Shown here in pieces: positions 23,461 to 37,231 of a stretch of 64,000 nucleotides of DNA (position 1 is its first letter; each line of letters begins with the position of its first letter). The position numbers and the translations under genes are program-made. Origin of the DNA: Okamejei kenojei (taxonomy: Eukaryota). The notes below the pieces were generated by a model. That model ran no database searches. It saw only the letters and a program-made list of their open reading frames with translations, and was not told the origin of the DNA. The stretch lies in NCBI GenBank assembly GCA_035221665.1, contig CM069164.1:15748001-15812000 (forward strand), written 5' to 3'.

Positions 23461-25319
23461 TTGATTCTGCAATGAAATTGTAGAAGTTCCAGACAGTGAA
23501 AAGAAAAGGACTGTGCAAAAAAATAATTCTGAGGGTTTGCAGAAAAAGCAAGAATTATAGTTGGATCATAAACACTGTAGTCACATGAGCAGGTTGGGAT
23601 TGGGTTTGCTCAATAAAATGTTGACTTTCCTTTTTCTACTACAAGTTTAACTTTTTCTACTTTAAAATATAGACTCTGTGGACAGAAACTCAATCATTTA
23701 TCTCGCCTAATTGCTGATATGCAATTGGATGCAGAGTGTGCTAAACTTTCTTTAATCCCTGTTTTAGCCTCAGTTAACATTCAGTAAGGTTCTGCTTTCA
23801 CTTATGATCCCAAGGTGTCCTTGGCCAGCTTGTGAAAGGTAATGCATTAACATTCAATAGAGTCTTACTTTCACTTCTGATCCCAAGATGTTTAACCGAA
23901 GACTTAGTTTATAATCACTGCAAAATAAAATTACCTTCTGGGACATCATGCAGCAGCATTCGCCAACAAATCCTCTAAACATAGATGAGTTAACTTGCAT
24001 CCTGCCAATGCCAATGAACTTGTAAGGAAACACTGGAATGATTGTTCTGTTGCTTACAGCAAAATGAAACAATCTTCTTGTTTGCCAAGGTTATTGCCCT
24101 GAGATTTTAAGTGACTTACGATATATCATTTTCTGCAAAGTCAATGAAGGGAGAGCATACAGTTATTTCCTGTAGAAAATTAAAAAGTTGTTGGATTTAA
24201 TTTAGGAAGCTTATTCTTGCCTTACTTAAAAAGGTAGTTAAGTGAGTTCCAAAGAACTGTTTTGCAGTGAATGCAGGACTGTGTTGTTTATTCTTCATCA
24301 GTGAAGAATTAAATTACTAGAATAAGCCAAGCTTTGGTTAACGTTGTCATTATCAACAACAGGCCAAGATGGCAGGTTAATTATTTAAGCTTGCAGAATC
24401 GTAGAATATTACCGATGCCAAACATTTTTAATTTGCTGCTTTATTGTGGTTCCTTTATTCTCTTTGCTCTTGTCACATGAGGAGCTGGACCTGCAAATCC
24501 GTTACTTGAAAAAATTGAACTTAATTTATTGGCATGAACATATTCACACCATCCTGTACCTTAGCCTGTCTATCAAAAAGGCTCCTCAGAGATTAGTCTG
24601 GAGAGATATCACAATAAATGTTGAAAGTTTAATTCCACCAAAATTCCTTTTGTTGTTAAAGCCATATTACACCTCAGGGAAAAAAGTACAGTGTTGTTGA
24701 CATATCTTAAATTGTGAACATTCACAAGTCACAAGGAGAGGTGCCCAGGCTGGAAGAGGCACAAGACTGACCCTCAGTGTCAAAGAGCCGAGTTAAGATG
24801 AACATTGGAAGGAAGTTTTCAATTTTGGTGCCTTAGATGTAACCTAAGGGTATGGTTGATAAGCACTGGATCAGCTGAGTAAATATTATCTTACATTTTG
24901 ATTTTGACATGGTGTAAGGGGTTATATGTTTAAACTAAACAAAGGCCAATTTAGAAAAGATAATTAGGAAATTCCTCATGTGAAGAATGACAAATGCAAG
25001 GAATGGACAACTAGATTAAAAAGTGTGAAGGAAATCTGGAACCACTTTAGAGCTAATTGGATGCTACTGTGGGCGACTTTAAGGTTTGAATGAATAAATT
25101 AAGATTAGCTGATGGAAAAGTACAGTAACACTGTAATTACATTGCTGAACTGCTGATCCAGTGACATGAATTAAAATCCTACTGCAGTTGCTAGAGAGTT
25201 TTAAATGCGGGTTATTCAATATTTCTGGAGTACAGGAAGCACCAAATTTCCAAATTGTCACAAAAACCCACCTGCTTCTTTAATATTCAGGAAAGAAAAT
25301 CTGCAATTCTTATTCACTT

Positions 25320-25860
25320 GGGCACTTGGAGTATTCTTGAGCACTTGGAGTATTTTGTGCCATTCTGGTTGCTGCATTACAGGAAAGATGTGTTAAACTA
25401 AAGCATGTGAAGAAGTGTATATTACTTGGATTGGAGGACTTGAATTACAAGGAGTTGGGTCTTTTTCCCCAAGAGCAAAAGAGGCTGCGAAATGACATGA
25501 TAGCGGCATATATAATTATGAGAGGCATAGATAGAGTAGATAGCCAGAGTCAGTTTCCCATGGTAGGAGAGTCTAAAAGTAACGGGAAAGGTTTATGGTG
25601 GGAAGAAAGAAGTTCAAAGGAGATCTGAGGGGTAATGCTTTCCACACAAAAAAGAGTTGGTAACTGGAATGAGCTGCCAGAGGAGAAGATGGAGGCAGGA
25701 ACAGTAAGAGTAACATTTAAGAGAAATCTGGACAGTTACTAGAATGAAGAAGGCATAGAGGAATATTGAATTAATGAAGACAAGTGGGATTAGTGTAGAT
25801 AAGCATGATCATCGGCATAGGACTGAGGGCCTGTTTCTATTTTGTACAGCTGCATGTGAC
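25320..25860 (+). mobile_element. Decayed CR1 3' fragment
   Basis: ORF 25407-25628 ELGLFPQEQKRLRNDMIAAYIIMRGIDRVD. Confidence 0.75.
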
Positions 25861-26282
25861 CCAGGACCCATCATGCCCTTGACTAATAACTGTCTTCTGA
25901 AATGGTCTAGCACATTACTCCTGTCGAGGGACAGTTAGGAATGGACAATAAATGTTAGCATGCCAGCAAAATTCACCTTGCATGAATGAATAAATAGGAT
26001 AAATACCCATCTATAATTATCAGGATTCTAGCAAAGTAATAGCTTGTATCCAACAAGGGAAAAGATTGCTCTAATTTGCTGCAATTTAAGGCCTAAAATT
26101 GCCAGATATGAATGATACTTTACAAGTAATTTAAAAAATCATTAACGGTTTAGTTATTTAACAATGCACATGTCAGCTGCATCAAAAAAAAGCTTCAATG
26201 TGCTATTGAATGATAGTTGAACCCAAAACTCTTAAAGAGACAAATGTAAAGTTAAAGATGGCAAGAAAAAAAAGGAGATTAA

Positions 26283-27324
26283 TGGGCCTGTCCCACTCAG
26301 GCTATTTCTTAGGCGGCTACAGGCAACATGGTCGCCGGGGTGTCGTCTGTAAAGGGCCTGTCCCACCAGCATGCAACTCCATGCAATGAGCGCGACCTAA
26401 CATGGTCGCTTGAGCCGTCCGGCGTCGCGGGGCCCGTCCCACTTCGATCGCCGGAGCCGTGCGGAATTGTGCGGAGTTCGTCCCGACATCGCGCGGGGCT
26501 CCGAAAAACCGACCATGTTCAAAAATTCCGCGCGGCAATGGCTTGTCGGATCGCAGTCGCCTCGACGCATTACACACCTCCTCGACGTCGTGCCTCCGTG
26601 ACCCTCTCTGTAGGTGCCTCCGTGACCCTCTCTGTGTGTGGCTCCATGGCCCTCTCTGTGTGTGCCTCTGTGCCCCTGTCTGTGTGTCCCTCTCTGTCCT
26701 GGCGAACTTACCTTTCAGACTTCGCTCCAAGTTCGCCCCACTTCGCGCCGCGTTGCGCTACTCACCCCACCTCCGCGCGGCCCCCGCTGCCGGTTTGGTC
26801 GCGCTCTTCGCATGCAGGCGCATGCTGTTGTGAACGGATCTGTACAGGGATCACCCGACCTCCGCGCGGCCCCCACTGCCGGTTTGGTCGCGCTCACCGC
26901 ATGGAGTCGGATGCTGGTAGGACAGGCCCTTAAGGTTGTGATACCAACTCCTCAGTCGCCCAAAGAGTCGCAGCTTCTTTCTGGTCGCCGCTGGATTTTG
27001 AAATTTTTCGGAGACAGTCGGCGACAGTGGGTTTGACGCCAATGAGCGTAGCTTGACTTCTCTTGATGTAGGTGCTGTCATAGCTGTCACCAGGTTAACG
27101 TAGGTTGCCGCCAGGTTAACGTAGGTTTGTTTCCAGGTGACGTAGGTTGTCGCCAGGTGACGTAGATTGTCACAGGTGCTGACTTTTTTTTTGTTGTTAA
27201 AGTAATGATTCTATTTTTAATTTTATGTCGAAGGGGGGGTCCAGTCGCCGGTTTATCGGCGACCTGCTACAATTATGACAGTTGCTGGCAGTTGCCTAAA
27301 AATAGCCTAAGTGGGACAGGCCCA
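26283..27324. mobile_element. PIF/Harbinger-type MITE (outer element)
   Basis: TIRs tgggcctgtcccactcaggctattt and aaatagcctaagtgggacaggccca with TWA flanks; internal ~20-bp ccaggt(t/g)acgtaggt repeats at ~27090-27180. Confidence 0.8.
26353..26930. mobile_element. PIF/Harbinger-type MITE nested inside the outer MITE
   Basis: TIRs agggcctgtcccaccagcat and atgctggtaggacaggccct; TAA TSD at 26350-52 and 26931-33; 24-bp minisatellite at ~26593-26690. Confidence 0.85.
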
Positions 27325-27848
27325 TTAGTTCAACAGCATGCCCTCATCAAAGACCCTTTCAGAGAGCAAAGCCCAGATATTATTTATTTTTCAAAAAGGC
27401 ACAAACTGCCAAGTAGTTAAACATGTTGATTTTAATTTTGTCTTTGACAGTTAAATTGACCAAATTGCAAAAAGCCTTAATTCTGAGCTAAACTGTGTTA
27501 AATTCTGCAGTATATGCTTGACATAGACAGTGCGCCTTTCTAATGAATGAACCTTAATCAATTCCTGGAGCATTGATCAATGAAATCACAGAACCAGCAT
27601 GTATGTTTCCTAGGATGTATGTTTTAAAAACTGAATCTAGTCATGGGCTGAAGCATGCAGGAGGATTAAACGCCAGCTCATTTAATTAAGTGAAGTGGCA
27701 TGGTTAAAAACCAAAAATTAATTACCATGGTCAGAGAAACCTGCTGGTGGAGGTAAGGAGCAAGTGTCAAACACCAGTCCTTTGTTGAGCAGATTTAATC
27801 AGCCCAATGGCATTCTTAAAGCCCCATTCCCTAACAGAATTCTGACTA

Positions 27849-28415
27849 CAGTAAACCCACATTATAACGGACCATAGAGCGGGAGGTGATGTCTGTTATT
27901 ACCGATTGTCCACTACAAGTGAGTAAGAGATTATCATTGTACAAATGGTAGAAGCAAACAACTACATTTGCTATTTAATATACAAACGGACACAAAGTGC
28001 TGGAGTAAGTCAGCGGTTCAGGCAGCATCGGTGGAGAACATGGATAGGTGACGTCTTGTGTCCTGACCCTTCTTCAGACTCTTGGTCTGGAATTGGACCT
28101 GGAATGTAGGTGACTTAATAGGCAGGGAGAGATGATGATAAGTGCCGTCACTGGTTGCAGACCTCAGGTGGCCAGAGTGCAGGTAAGGGGCAGTGGCGGT
28201 GGCAGTGATCGTGGTGGCGGCAGTGAAGGCGGCAGCAGCAACAGCAACTGCGGCGTTTCCAGCCGTGGCGGTGGTGGTAGCAGCGGCGGGAATGGCCAAA
28301 GAGTGGCATGGGCCGGGGTAGCATCAGCAGCACAGCCTGGCAGTGAAAATCGGTAAGTCAGTCCAGTATAACTGAAATCCATTATAAAGAGGTCCATAAA
28401 AATGAGGGTTTACTA
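27849..28415. mobile_element. Tc1/mariner (Tigger/pogo-like) non-autonomous element with a Penelope pLTR fragment inside (~27950-28080)
   Basis: ta|cagtaaacccacattataacggacc at the left end and ggtccataaaatgagggtttact at the right end form imperfect TIRs; GGC-rich interior. Confidence 0.55.
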
Positions 28416-31124
28416 GACCTCATAATCTACTTTTTCTCAGAAAAAATTAAGAAGAAAAATAAACTGCAGTGTCTCCTTTCTGAAAATAAATTGCACTGTC
28501 TCTTTATGCTCATAGCAAGTATAGGCAGAAATGTAGAATAAATTTGACAACAGTGCCATCCAAATATTTCTTATGTTGTTCATCATAATTTGGCAGTCGT
28601 TTGTTAATCCAGATCAATATTACACGCCCCATTCCACTCTCATAGAAGTGCACAATCCTGGATACGATCATTGACATACCAGAGTTTAACTGATTTTTGC
28701 AAGGTCATTGAAAGCAGATAGCAATTTTGCTCTTCAGATTGAAATAACCTTTATATATCAAATCTAATCAGCTATGTTCAGCAAGAACCACTGGATGAGT
28801 TATAAACACAAAGGGTACCCTTGCTTCAGGAAGTTAAAGATCCATTGTAATGTAACAAGCAGCACTTACTATAGGTATTTTGACTGCGAGCATTTGATTT
28901 TGGAACCAGAGACCACACAAAAAAGGTATTGATTGATACAAGCTTTATTGTGGCAAAGCATCAATACTTATACTTAACAACGCCTGGTGGTCAGTGGCAG
29001 GTGGCCCTGTCCGCAGCATGGCTTGCAGTTTTCCCTTGGCACTGGTCATGACCATGGGCGAAGTCCCAATCACCGAATGCCCCTCGGCTGTGTTATATCC
29101 GTTCATTATCAGCAACATTTCACATAGTGAAATACAACAAAATGCATCTGTCTGTGAAATGTAACCACGCAAGCTTGCTGCAGAGTGTTCACTCAAGGTT
29201 ACTATTGAATCCTCTCATTCCTCCATTTTGGCTCAAATCCACTCTTGCTCCGTAGCCGTTCTCTAATTGCCCTCTATTTCCCATGCTATGCTTTTCCCCC
29301 CATTTCCATCCAAGGAATCACTATGCAACATGTTACATCCTGACACTTTCTTTGCATCCATCATAATTTTTAACCATCCTATTTTATATGTAGCTGTCCT
29401 AATTTACAATTGTATTTCAGTAAATATTAGTAAATGTAGAGAATGAAGAATATCACTCTCCACTTTGCACCAGCCAATCCCAAACAATTAGGAAGCTTGC
29501 TCCAATATTAGCAACATCAATTTTAATCCATCAATTCCATTTAGCCGTACACCACTTTGTCCATATGTATTGTCAGATCTTTCTGCACGGCTCTGGACTT
29601 TGACAAGTACTGACCATTATCATTCTGATACCTTGTCCTTCCTCGCTTATCTTCATGGAAAACATTATAGAGGATTCCAAGGTGCCCCCCCCCCCCCCAA
29701 AAAAAAAGAAAAGAACAGATCCAATCCACCTAATTATTTGCCAATCATTCTCTAACAAAGGCATCATTGACAATACTTTCAAGATTACTCTCTGATATCT
29801 TGAGCAAAAAAATGCACTGGAGCAACTCAAGGTCAGGCAATATCTCTGGACGGAATGGGCAGACGGTGTTTCTGGTCAGGACTCTCTTTGGACTGGTAGT
29901 GACAATGCTTCGGGTTGGGACACTAATTCAGACTGATAAAGGATCACAAGCTGAAATGTCGCTTTCCATTCCCCCCACAGATGCTTACTGCTTCACTGAG
30001 CTTCTCAAACATTTAGTTTTATGCTCAATTTTCCAGCATTGGCAATCTCATGTGTCTCGTCTCTAATATCTTACTCATTGATGCCCTGCTTGGGTTTCAT
30101 CAGGATGAATCAGCTCCCAATCATGACACAACCCTTGGTCTAACAAAAGTATGAATCAAAACAATGTATTAAGGACAGTAAGATATAATTTGTCAACTCT
30201 TCTGCTATTCAAACATCATGGTTGATGTGTGATTTAATTCCACACTCCTGCCCCATATGTGTTAAAACCTTGCTGTTGAGCATGTACCAATCTTATACTT
30301 AAACAATAAATAGCCATTAAATACTATATTTAATAGAGAATTACAAATTTCTAATTCACTTCATGTGCAACAATGTTTCCTATCTGTTTCTGAAGCAACT
30401 GCCTTTAATGTTTTGCCTCTTTACCCCCCCCCCCCCCCCCCCCCCCCCCCCGAGCTAGATCCACAACCCGCTAAAATAGTTTCATTTATTAGATTAAAAC
30501 ATTGATTATATCATCCTTTAATTTCGATGGAAAACATGTGGATTTTCTCCTTGTTTAGTCCTTGAATTTCAGGTATCACAGTGGAAAATCTGCACTACAC
30601 CCTTCCAAGGACAATGTATCCTTTCAACAGTGTGGTGTCCAGACCTGAACACGTTGCTCCAGCTATTGTGTAACCAATGCTACATAAAGCTGTTGCATGG
30701 CTTTTTGCTTTTGTATTCCCATTCACAGGGTATAAAGACCAGCACTTCATTTGCTTTTGTCTTATTTTTTGTTTGTAATACTTTGGTCTCTTTTGACCTC
30801 CACTACTAACATGTTCCTATTAAGAAAAAATAATCTGATGTCCAGTTGCAGTGGATTACCTTATTTTTGCCTGTACTGAAACCCAGTTGCTGCATTTTGT
30901 CTGTAAAATATATGACTCTATGAGGCTGTGCTTTGTGATGCTTTCAGTGGTAGGGAGTGGTAGGCAGTGGTGGACCAAGCTGAGTCCACCACTCTCTGCA
31001 AAATCTTGCGTTCCTGTGCATTGGAATTGCCATATCAGGCAATTGTACAACCAGTCAGAATACTTTCCACATTGCATCTGTAGACATTTGTTAGAATATT
31101 TGGTGATGTGCTGAATCCTTTCAC

Positions 31125-31417
31125 AGCTTAAGGATAAGGGGGAAATCCTTGAAGACCGAGATGAGAAAGACATTTTTCACACAGAGAGTGGTGAGTCTCT
31201 GGAACTGCCACAGAGGGTAGTTGAGGCCAGTTCATTGGCTATATTTAAGAGGGAGTTAGATGTGGCCCTTGTGGCTAAGGGGATCAGGGGGTATGGAGAG
31301 AAGGCAGGTACGGGATACTGAGTTGGATGATCAGCCACGATCATATTGAATGGCGGTGCAGGCTCGAAGGGCCAAATGGCCTACTCCTGCACCTCATTTC
31401 TATGTTTCTATGTTTCT
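31125..31417 (+). mobile_element. Young CR1 3' end
   Basis: tttttcacacagagagtggtgagtctctggaa...tatggagagaaggcagg...(tatgtttc)n tail. Confidence 0.85.
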
Positions 31418-31419
31418 AA

Positions 31420-31905
31420 AGATGCTGGCACACCTTCTTTGTGATGACATGTGCTGGGCCCAAAGAAAAAAGTTGAGAGTGAGGACCTAACCATGACTGA
31501 AACTGGAGAAGTTACATATAGCACACAGATATAGTCATAGCTAGGGCCATGCAAGTTCCCATTGCTACAGCTGTGATGTTGAAAGAGAAGCTGATCAATA
31601 TAAGAACTAGTTCGGCCAAACATGACTGTGGAAGAGAGAGAGAGAGAGACAGATTAGGTGAATTGGAAGTGTAGAAGAACTGGATAGATATGAAGATGGG
31701 TCGTTGTACTGAAAACATGTCAATATGGTGAAGGCCATCAAATTTGTCACTGATATAAGTGAGAAGGGATTGGACAAAGTCAGAAATAATATAATTGAGG
31801 TAGGACGAAATAAATTCTGTGGGCAAGTGCACAAAACACAATCGGTCTACCAGGCCAGTTTTTCTTGTGGATATGGAGGCCGAAGTAGAAGCAGGCTATG
31901 TTTGG
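31420..31905 (-). mobile_element. Penelope RT core remnant
   Basis: ORF 31512-31841 contains FSFN...VAMGTCMA (Penelope GVAMGTxMGP motif) and GRPIV nearby. Confidence 0.6.
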
Positions 31906-34900
31906 AGACTGTGAGGCCAGAGGCTGTGGTGGAAAGGCAGCCTGAGGAAATAATGTCAGCAACTTTCTGGGAAATAATAGCTGACATTCAGTGATTACAT
32001 CATGGTCCACTAGGAGGTATTTGTCCACACTCATTAGCCAATGGGCCCTCTCTTGCCCATGAGCTCCTGGCCCAACCTCACTCTGAGTTAAACATTTCCC
32101 AATGAAGTTTTATTATATTATTGTACCCAACGGACATGCTGAGAGTTCCAGTGTGGCACGAATGAACTGTTTGGTCAAAGGGTCTCAATGCAAATGTCAA
32201 CAGCACACTTAGGGCATTGCACTTTCCTGGATAAGCATGAACAATTTCCTCATGAAATGCATTTGGAAATAAATCAAAAACTACTTTCTTAATATGACAA
32301 TCTGTTTCTCTGGCTTCATTGGTATGCATTATAATCTACTTCAGTAATTCATTGTGTTTTGAACTGCCCTGAGAGATGGATCATAACTACATCAGTGCTG
32401 TAAAAACAATATTTTGGAAATACTCAGCATGTCAGGCAGCATCTGTGAAGAGAAAAACAAAAGTTTAAAATTTCAGATCAATGATCTTTTAATGGAACCT
32501 GGAGAAGCCAAAAAGTCATTAACGTGAAACATGAACTGTTTATCTCTCCACAGATGCAGCTTTATCTATTGCATATTTCGAGAAGTTTCAGATTTCCAGC
32601 ATGTGCTCCATTTTGCAAACTTAATCAACAGTTGTCTTGTATCCATTTTAGACATTTTAGAATCCTTTCTAAAGCCACTTCAAGCAGAGTATTGTCAAAG
32701 GTCAGAATAAAGATCCATTGGTCTTGGATAGTAAAATGTAGGACACAATAGTAAGCTTATATGGAAGCAAAAGCCAATTGGTTTAACTAGGCAACAAAAA
32801 GCATATATATTATTTTCTCGGAGGCTTGTGGATGGCTCAGTTGTTGAAGTGGCGACTTGTGCACAAGTTACTTGCTACAAATGATTAGCCACAGCTTGCT
32901 CTTGATACGAAATATGGGGCTCTCCCGCACATGTTAACATTTGCCATTTTTGGAAACGCACTTAAGTTCTACCAACATTTTTAAAATTCAAAGTCAAGAT
33001 AGAACTAAGTACAAATATTCCACAATATCTATTTTCAGTTTTTACTAGCAGCAGACTTTGCAATTAAGTTTGTGAAAGGTGAATATTCAACTGCTGAAGA
33101 GCTCCCAATTCCCTTATATATAGATGCATGGCTTCAGAAACCTCATCTCTATCTGTACCTTTACAAACACTGTTCCAAAGTTTGTCTACAATTGGTGGCT
33201 AAGTCTTCTGCTACTTTGGTTTCACGATCTAGAATTCCCTCTCTTCCCACTTCTGTATTAAGGAACTTAATAAAGATCTATTTCTTTTAAGCTTTTCTTC
33301 AGTTCCGCAAGTTTCAGAATGAAGAAGGATCTGACACAAAGCAACATCCATGACGGTCCACTTCCATGCACAGATGGTGTCTGGCCTGCTAAGCTCCTTC
33401 AACACTTTTTTTTGCTCAAGATTGCAGTCCCTTGTTGTCTCCCGCTAATTTTTGCAGTGTACATTTCTTCACCTCTCTATGAAGTGACATGCATTGCCTT
33501 TCTATCTCGACCATTGCTCCAGATAACTCTCATGTTCACCTCAACCTACACCCACCGCCCCCCCCCCCCCCCCCCCCCCCCCCCCCCACCAATCGCTTGG
33601 ACCAAATTATCGAAAGCTAAATATGATCAGAAAATATAGTAATTGTGCACCGGGATAGCACCCCCATTCTCTGGTGCTGCTCTCATCCCTATCACAGGCA
33701 GATAGGCTGGGAAAGGTCAATCCTCAGCATTCTCGGTAACAGCTAGATCCAATTAGCTGACATTGAATTGACCCATCTAAACATCGCCAGCCTGCTCTTT
33801 ATAAAACCCAGACATTCCAGCCAGGAAACGAGAAGGTAGTGGGTGAGAGAAGAAGCAGAAGAGAAAGAGAAAGAAGAAAGAAGAGAGAGGAAGGAAGAGA
33901 AAGTGGAGTGCTTTCCCGGTAGCTGTGTTTTCCTGATACAGGCGGAGGAAGACTGAACCACTGGGACAAACCCGAGACCACCAACGCCACCCTGAATTCA
34001 AGACTGAGCTGCCGGGAAGAAGCTCTAGACAGCCAGCTCCTCAACTTAGGCCAAGTTTGTGTGGCCGGGGAAAGCCTGAGACGGCCAGTGCCTCTTACCT
34101 GTGCACAAGCAATGAGGGACTGCACCCACGCACAGAGGCAAAGACTGAGCCACCAGAATAAACCTGAGACCGCCAGTCTGCCTTTTCAAGCCCAAAGCTG
34201 AGCTGCCAGGATAAGCCTGAGATCGCCATGCCTCCTCCTTCAAGACAAGGACTAAGCTGCAGAGACAAGCCCAAGATCACCAGGATCTCACATGCGTCCT
34301 GACGCTGAGGGACAGCTCCCCTATGTGGACCTGGACTTTCATGTTAGTCCAAATAAAACATATCACTGTGCTCACCTATTGCGAGTTTTGGTGTGGTCAA
34401 TGCCAAATCCGGCCTCATTCCTGACGGCGCAGCACATACCAGCAAATATTTGATTTTCTTTTGGACAATCAGATAAATATTACTGCTCAAGGAAATGCTG
34501 TGGCATTTTACTGGTAAAGGGAGTGGCACTGATGGGAAACATGTTACAGTATAAAGTGGGAATTTATTACACTCCAAAATGATACATGATTTTACACAAA
34601 AGTCTGTGGTGTGAAATTGATGAAATTGAAGGTTTTCTTGCATGATTTATCTAATATAAGGGAACTTGGTGAAAAATGTTGTTGAAATTTCAGCGCAAAT
34701 TATCTTCACTGCAAATGAACTTTGCAACACTTTTAAATTTTATTTACAAAAAACTAGCCCTGTCTTTAAAACTGAACTTGTTCCTGGTATAACTGAATCA
34801 ATATATTTATTTAAAATGATTGCACTTAACTGTAGATTTATGATAATGTGTTAAAGACTAAGATTATTTGGCATGTTATAAAAATATACTGTACACTAGA

Positions 34901-35509
34901 ATAACCAGCAAATGATTGTTTCATTTGTAGGTGACAATCAATCTTCAGCTGCATCAGTCAAACTGAACATAGGGCAACACACTGGTGTAGTTTAGTTTTT
35001 AATTTAAAGATTTAGTGCGGCATAGAGGTGTAGAGGTAGAGTTGCTGCCTTACTGCGCCGGAAATTTACTCTGAGAAAAGGAATGATTTTATTTAAAAGA
35101 CAATGCCAGAAATGGCGATGGAGGGAAATTGTGCAAAGGAAATGAAGCGGGATCTTTGCCAGCAGCAGGTTTTCTGTGATAATACAGATGGTTTCACCCT
35201 CCCTCACCATATACAAGTATTTGATGTCCCCTCCCCTCAACCCATGGCAACATTCATTCTGAAACAATGAAGAGCAGCAAGCCATCCACCACTTGCTGTT
35301 GCCCATACTGATATAGAAAAGATTGGACTATTAACATGTGGCGTTGCTTCAAGCAAACCACTGATGTGTCATTTTCACACATTTCCTTCCAAATTTGTTC
35401 TATAAATCAAACATTTGAAAAAGGTCACAGATTGCTGAGGCGGGGGGAAGGGCTGAGAGAAGAAATGGATTTAACTGGATTTGTCTCACAGTTTTGCTGT
35501 GCATTTACA

Positions 35510-36320
35510 GTCAGAGTCATAGAGTGATACCATGTGGAACCAGGCCCTTCAGCCTAACTTGCCAACACCGGCCAACATGTCCCAGCTACACCAGCTCCAC
35601 CTGCAAGTATTTGGTCCATATCCCTCCAAACCTGTCCTATCCATGTTCCTGTCTGACTGTTTCTTAAATGTTGGGACAGTCCTTGCCTCAACTGCCTCTT
35701 CTGGCAGCTTGTTCCATACATCCACCACCCTTTGTGTGTAAAGGTTATCCCTCAGATTCCTATTAATTATTTTAACCTTTGCCTTAAACCTACGTCCTCT
35801 GACCCTCGATTCACCTACTCTGGGCAAGGGACTCTGTACACCTACATGAACTATTCCTCTCATGATCTTATACACCTCTATAAGATTCTCCCTCATCCTA
35901 CTGTGCTCCAAGGAATAGTCCCAGCCTACTCAACCTCTGCCTATAGCTCAGACCCTCATAAATCTTCTCTGTACCCTTTCCAGCTTGACAACATCTTTCC
36001 TACAACACGGTGCCTAGATCTGAACACAATACTCTAAATGTGGTCTCACCAACGTCTTATATAACTGCAACATGACCTCCCAACTTCGATACTTAATACT
36101 CTAGCTGATGAAGGCCAATGTGCCTAATAACTTTTTAACCACCTGATCTACCTGCACTCCACCTTCAGGGAACTATGCAACTGCACTCCTATATCCCTCT
36201 GCTCATCAACACTCCCCAGAGCCTTACCATTCACTGTGTGGGCCCTGCCCATGTTAGAGTTCCCAAAAGGCAACCCCTCACAGTTTTCTTCCTTAAATTC
36301 CATCAACTATTCCTCAGCCT
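35510..36320 (-). mobile_element. CR1 3' half
   Basis: ORF 35549-35911 RENLIEVYKIMRG...TQRVVDVWNKLPEEAVEARTVPTFKK. Confidence 0.85.
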
Positions 36321-37231
36321 ATAACACGGTGCCCAGAACTGATGCGCAGAAAAAATAGAGATGCATTAAATAATGTCAGCAATATAGTTCATGTGTTAAG
36401 GTCTCCTGAGCAGTTCTGCACAAGGCACGGTAAAGATAGCTGTTGTTATTTGGCCAATGATGTGCAGGTAATGATGTTGTGCCTTTATTCTGCACTGTAC
36501 CGGAGTCCCAACCTTTGATTTGAATGCTCTACAATTCATCTAGTAGGAGAGAGATACCTGAGAGATAGCTTCCCTCCTGGTAAGGAAACATTCTCTCATA
36601 TATAAAAGGTCTTGACATCAACGAGTCTCCTTGATCAATTATTAAGTCCAGCTTCCTAGTAGGATGGAAACCCACTGGGCTGACAGAGTTTTACAAAGGA
36701 AATGAACTTTGCAACAGAACCAGAATAAATGACCATGGACTGAAAAGCTTTTGCTGACATGACAGATTTTCTGTCATAGATCAGAGAACAGGAGCTGTGC
36801 ACCATGGCGGTTTGGTTGGCCAACACAGTATCCAAACATTTGGTTGCGACATAATCTGGTGAGCCTGCAGTATATGCCTGAAGATGACAGATGGAAGCTC
36901 ATTGGGAACTGTTCCTTGTTCTTACCAATCTAAAGTCAGCAGACTTCAGATTCTAATCAGGCCTTGTGATAAAACTCACGAATTGGGGCCCTCAGAATAC
37001 TGAACTGACATGTGGGTAAGTCCTTGGATGGGGAGGTGTGGTGTTCTTTCTGGCATAACATAAGTTTGTAGAAAAACACTAAACACCCATCTGTTCTTGT
37101 TATCCTTGGGTAGTCCTGTTGAGAACTGTTGTTTATGTCTTATATACCCAGAAGCTAATTGGAGTACAAGCTGCAGATGCATTTCATGCCAATTTTTTTA
37201 CAAAATAAGTCACAAAAGGCAGTAGAATTGT

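Noticed and set aside
26317-27090. Cluster of long overlapping ORFs (up to 201 aa) on both strands
   Set aside because: GC-rich MITE interior depleted of stop codons; translations are repetitive with no domain.
28048-28080. Additional hammerhead-like cores in pLTR fragments (also ~19595, ~33318, ~44060)
   Set aside because: The conserved GAAA or CTGANGA core is mutated, so these are likely inactive relics.
33949-34285. Repeat-spacer-like array as CRISPR
   Set aside because: Eukaryotic context, highly diverged repeats, and no cas genes.
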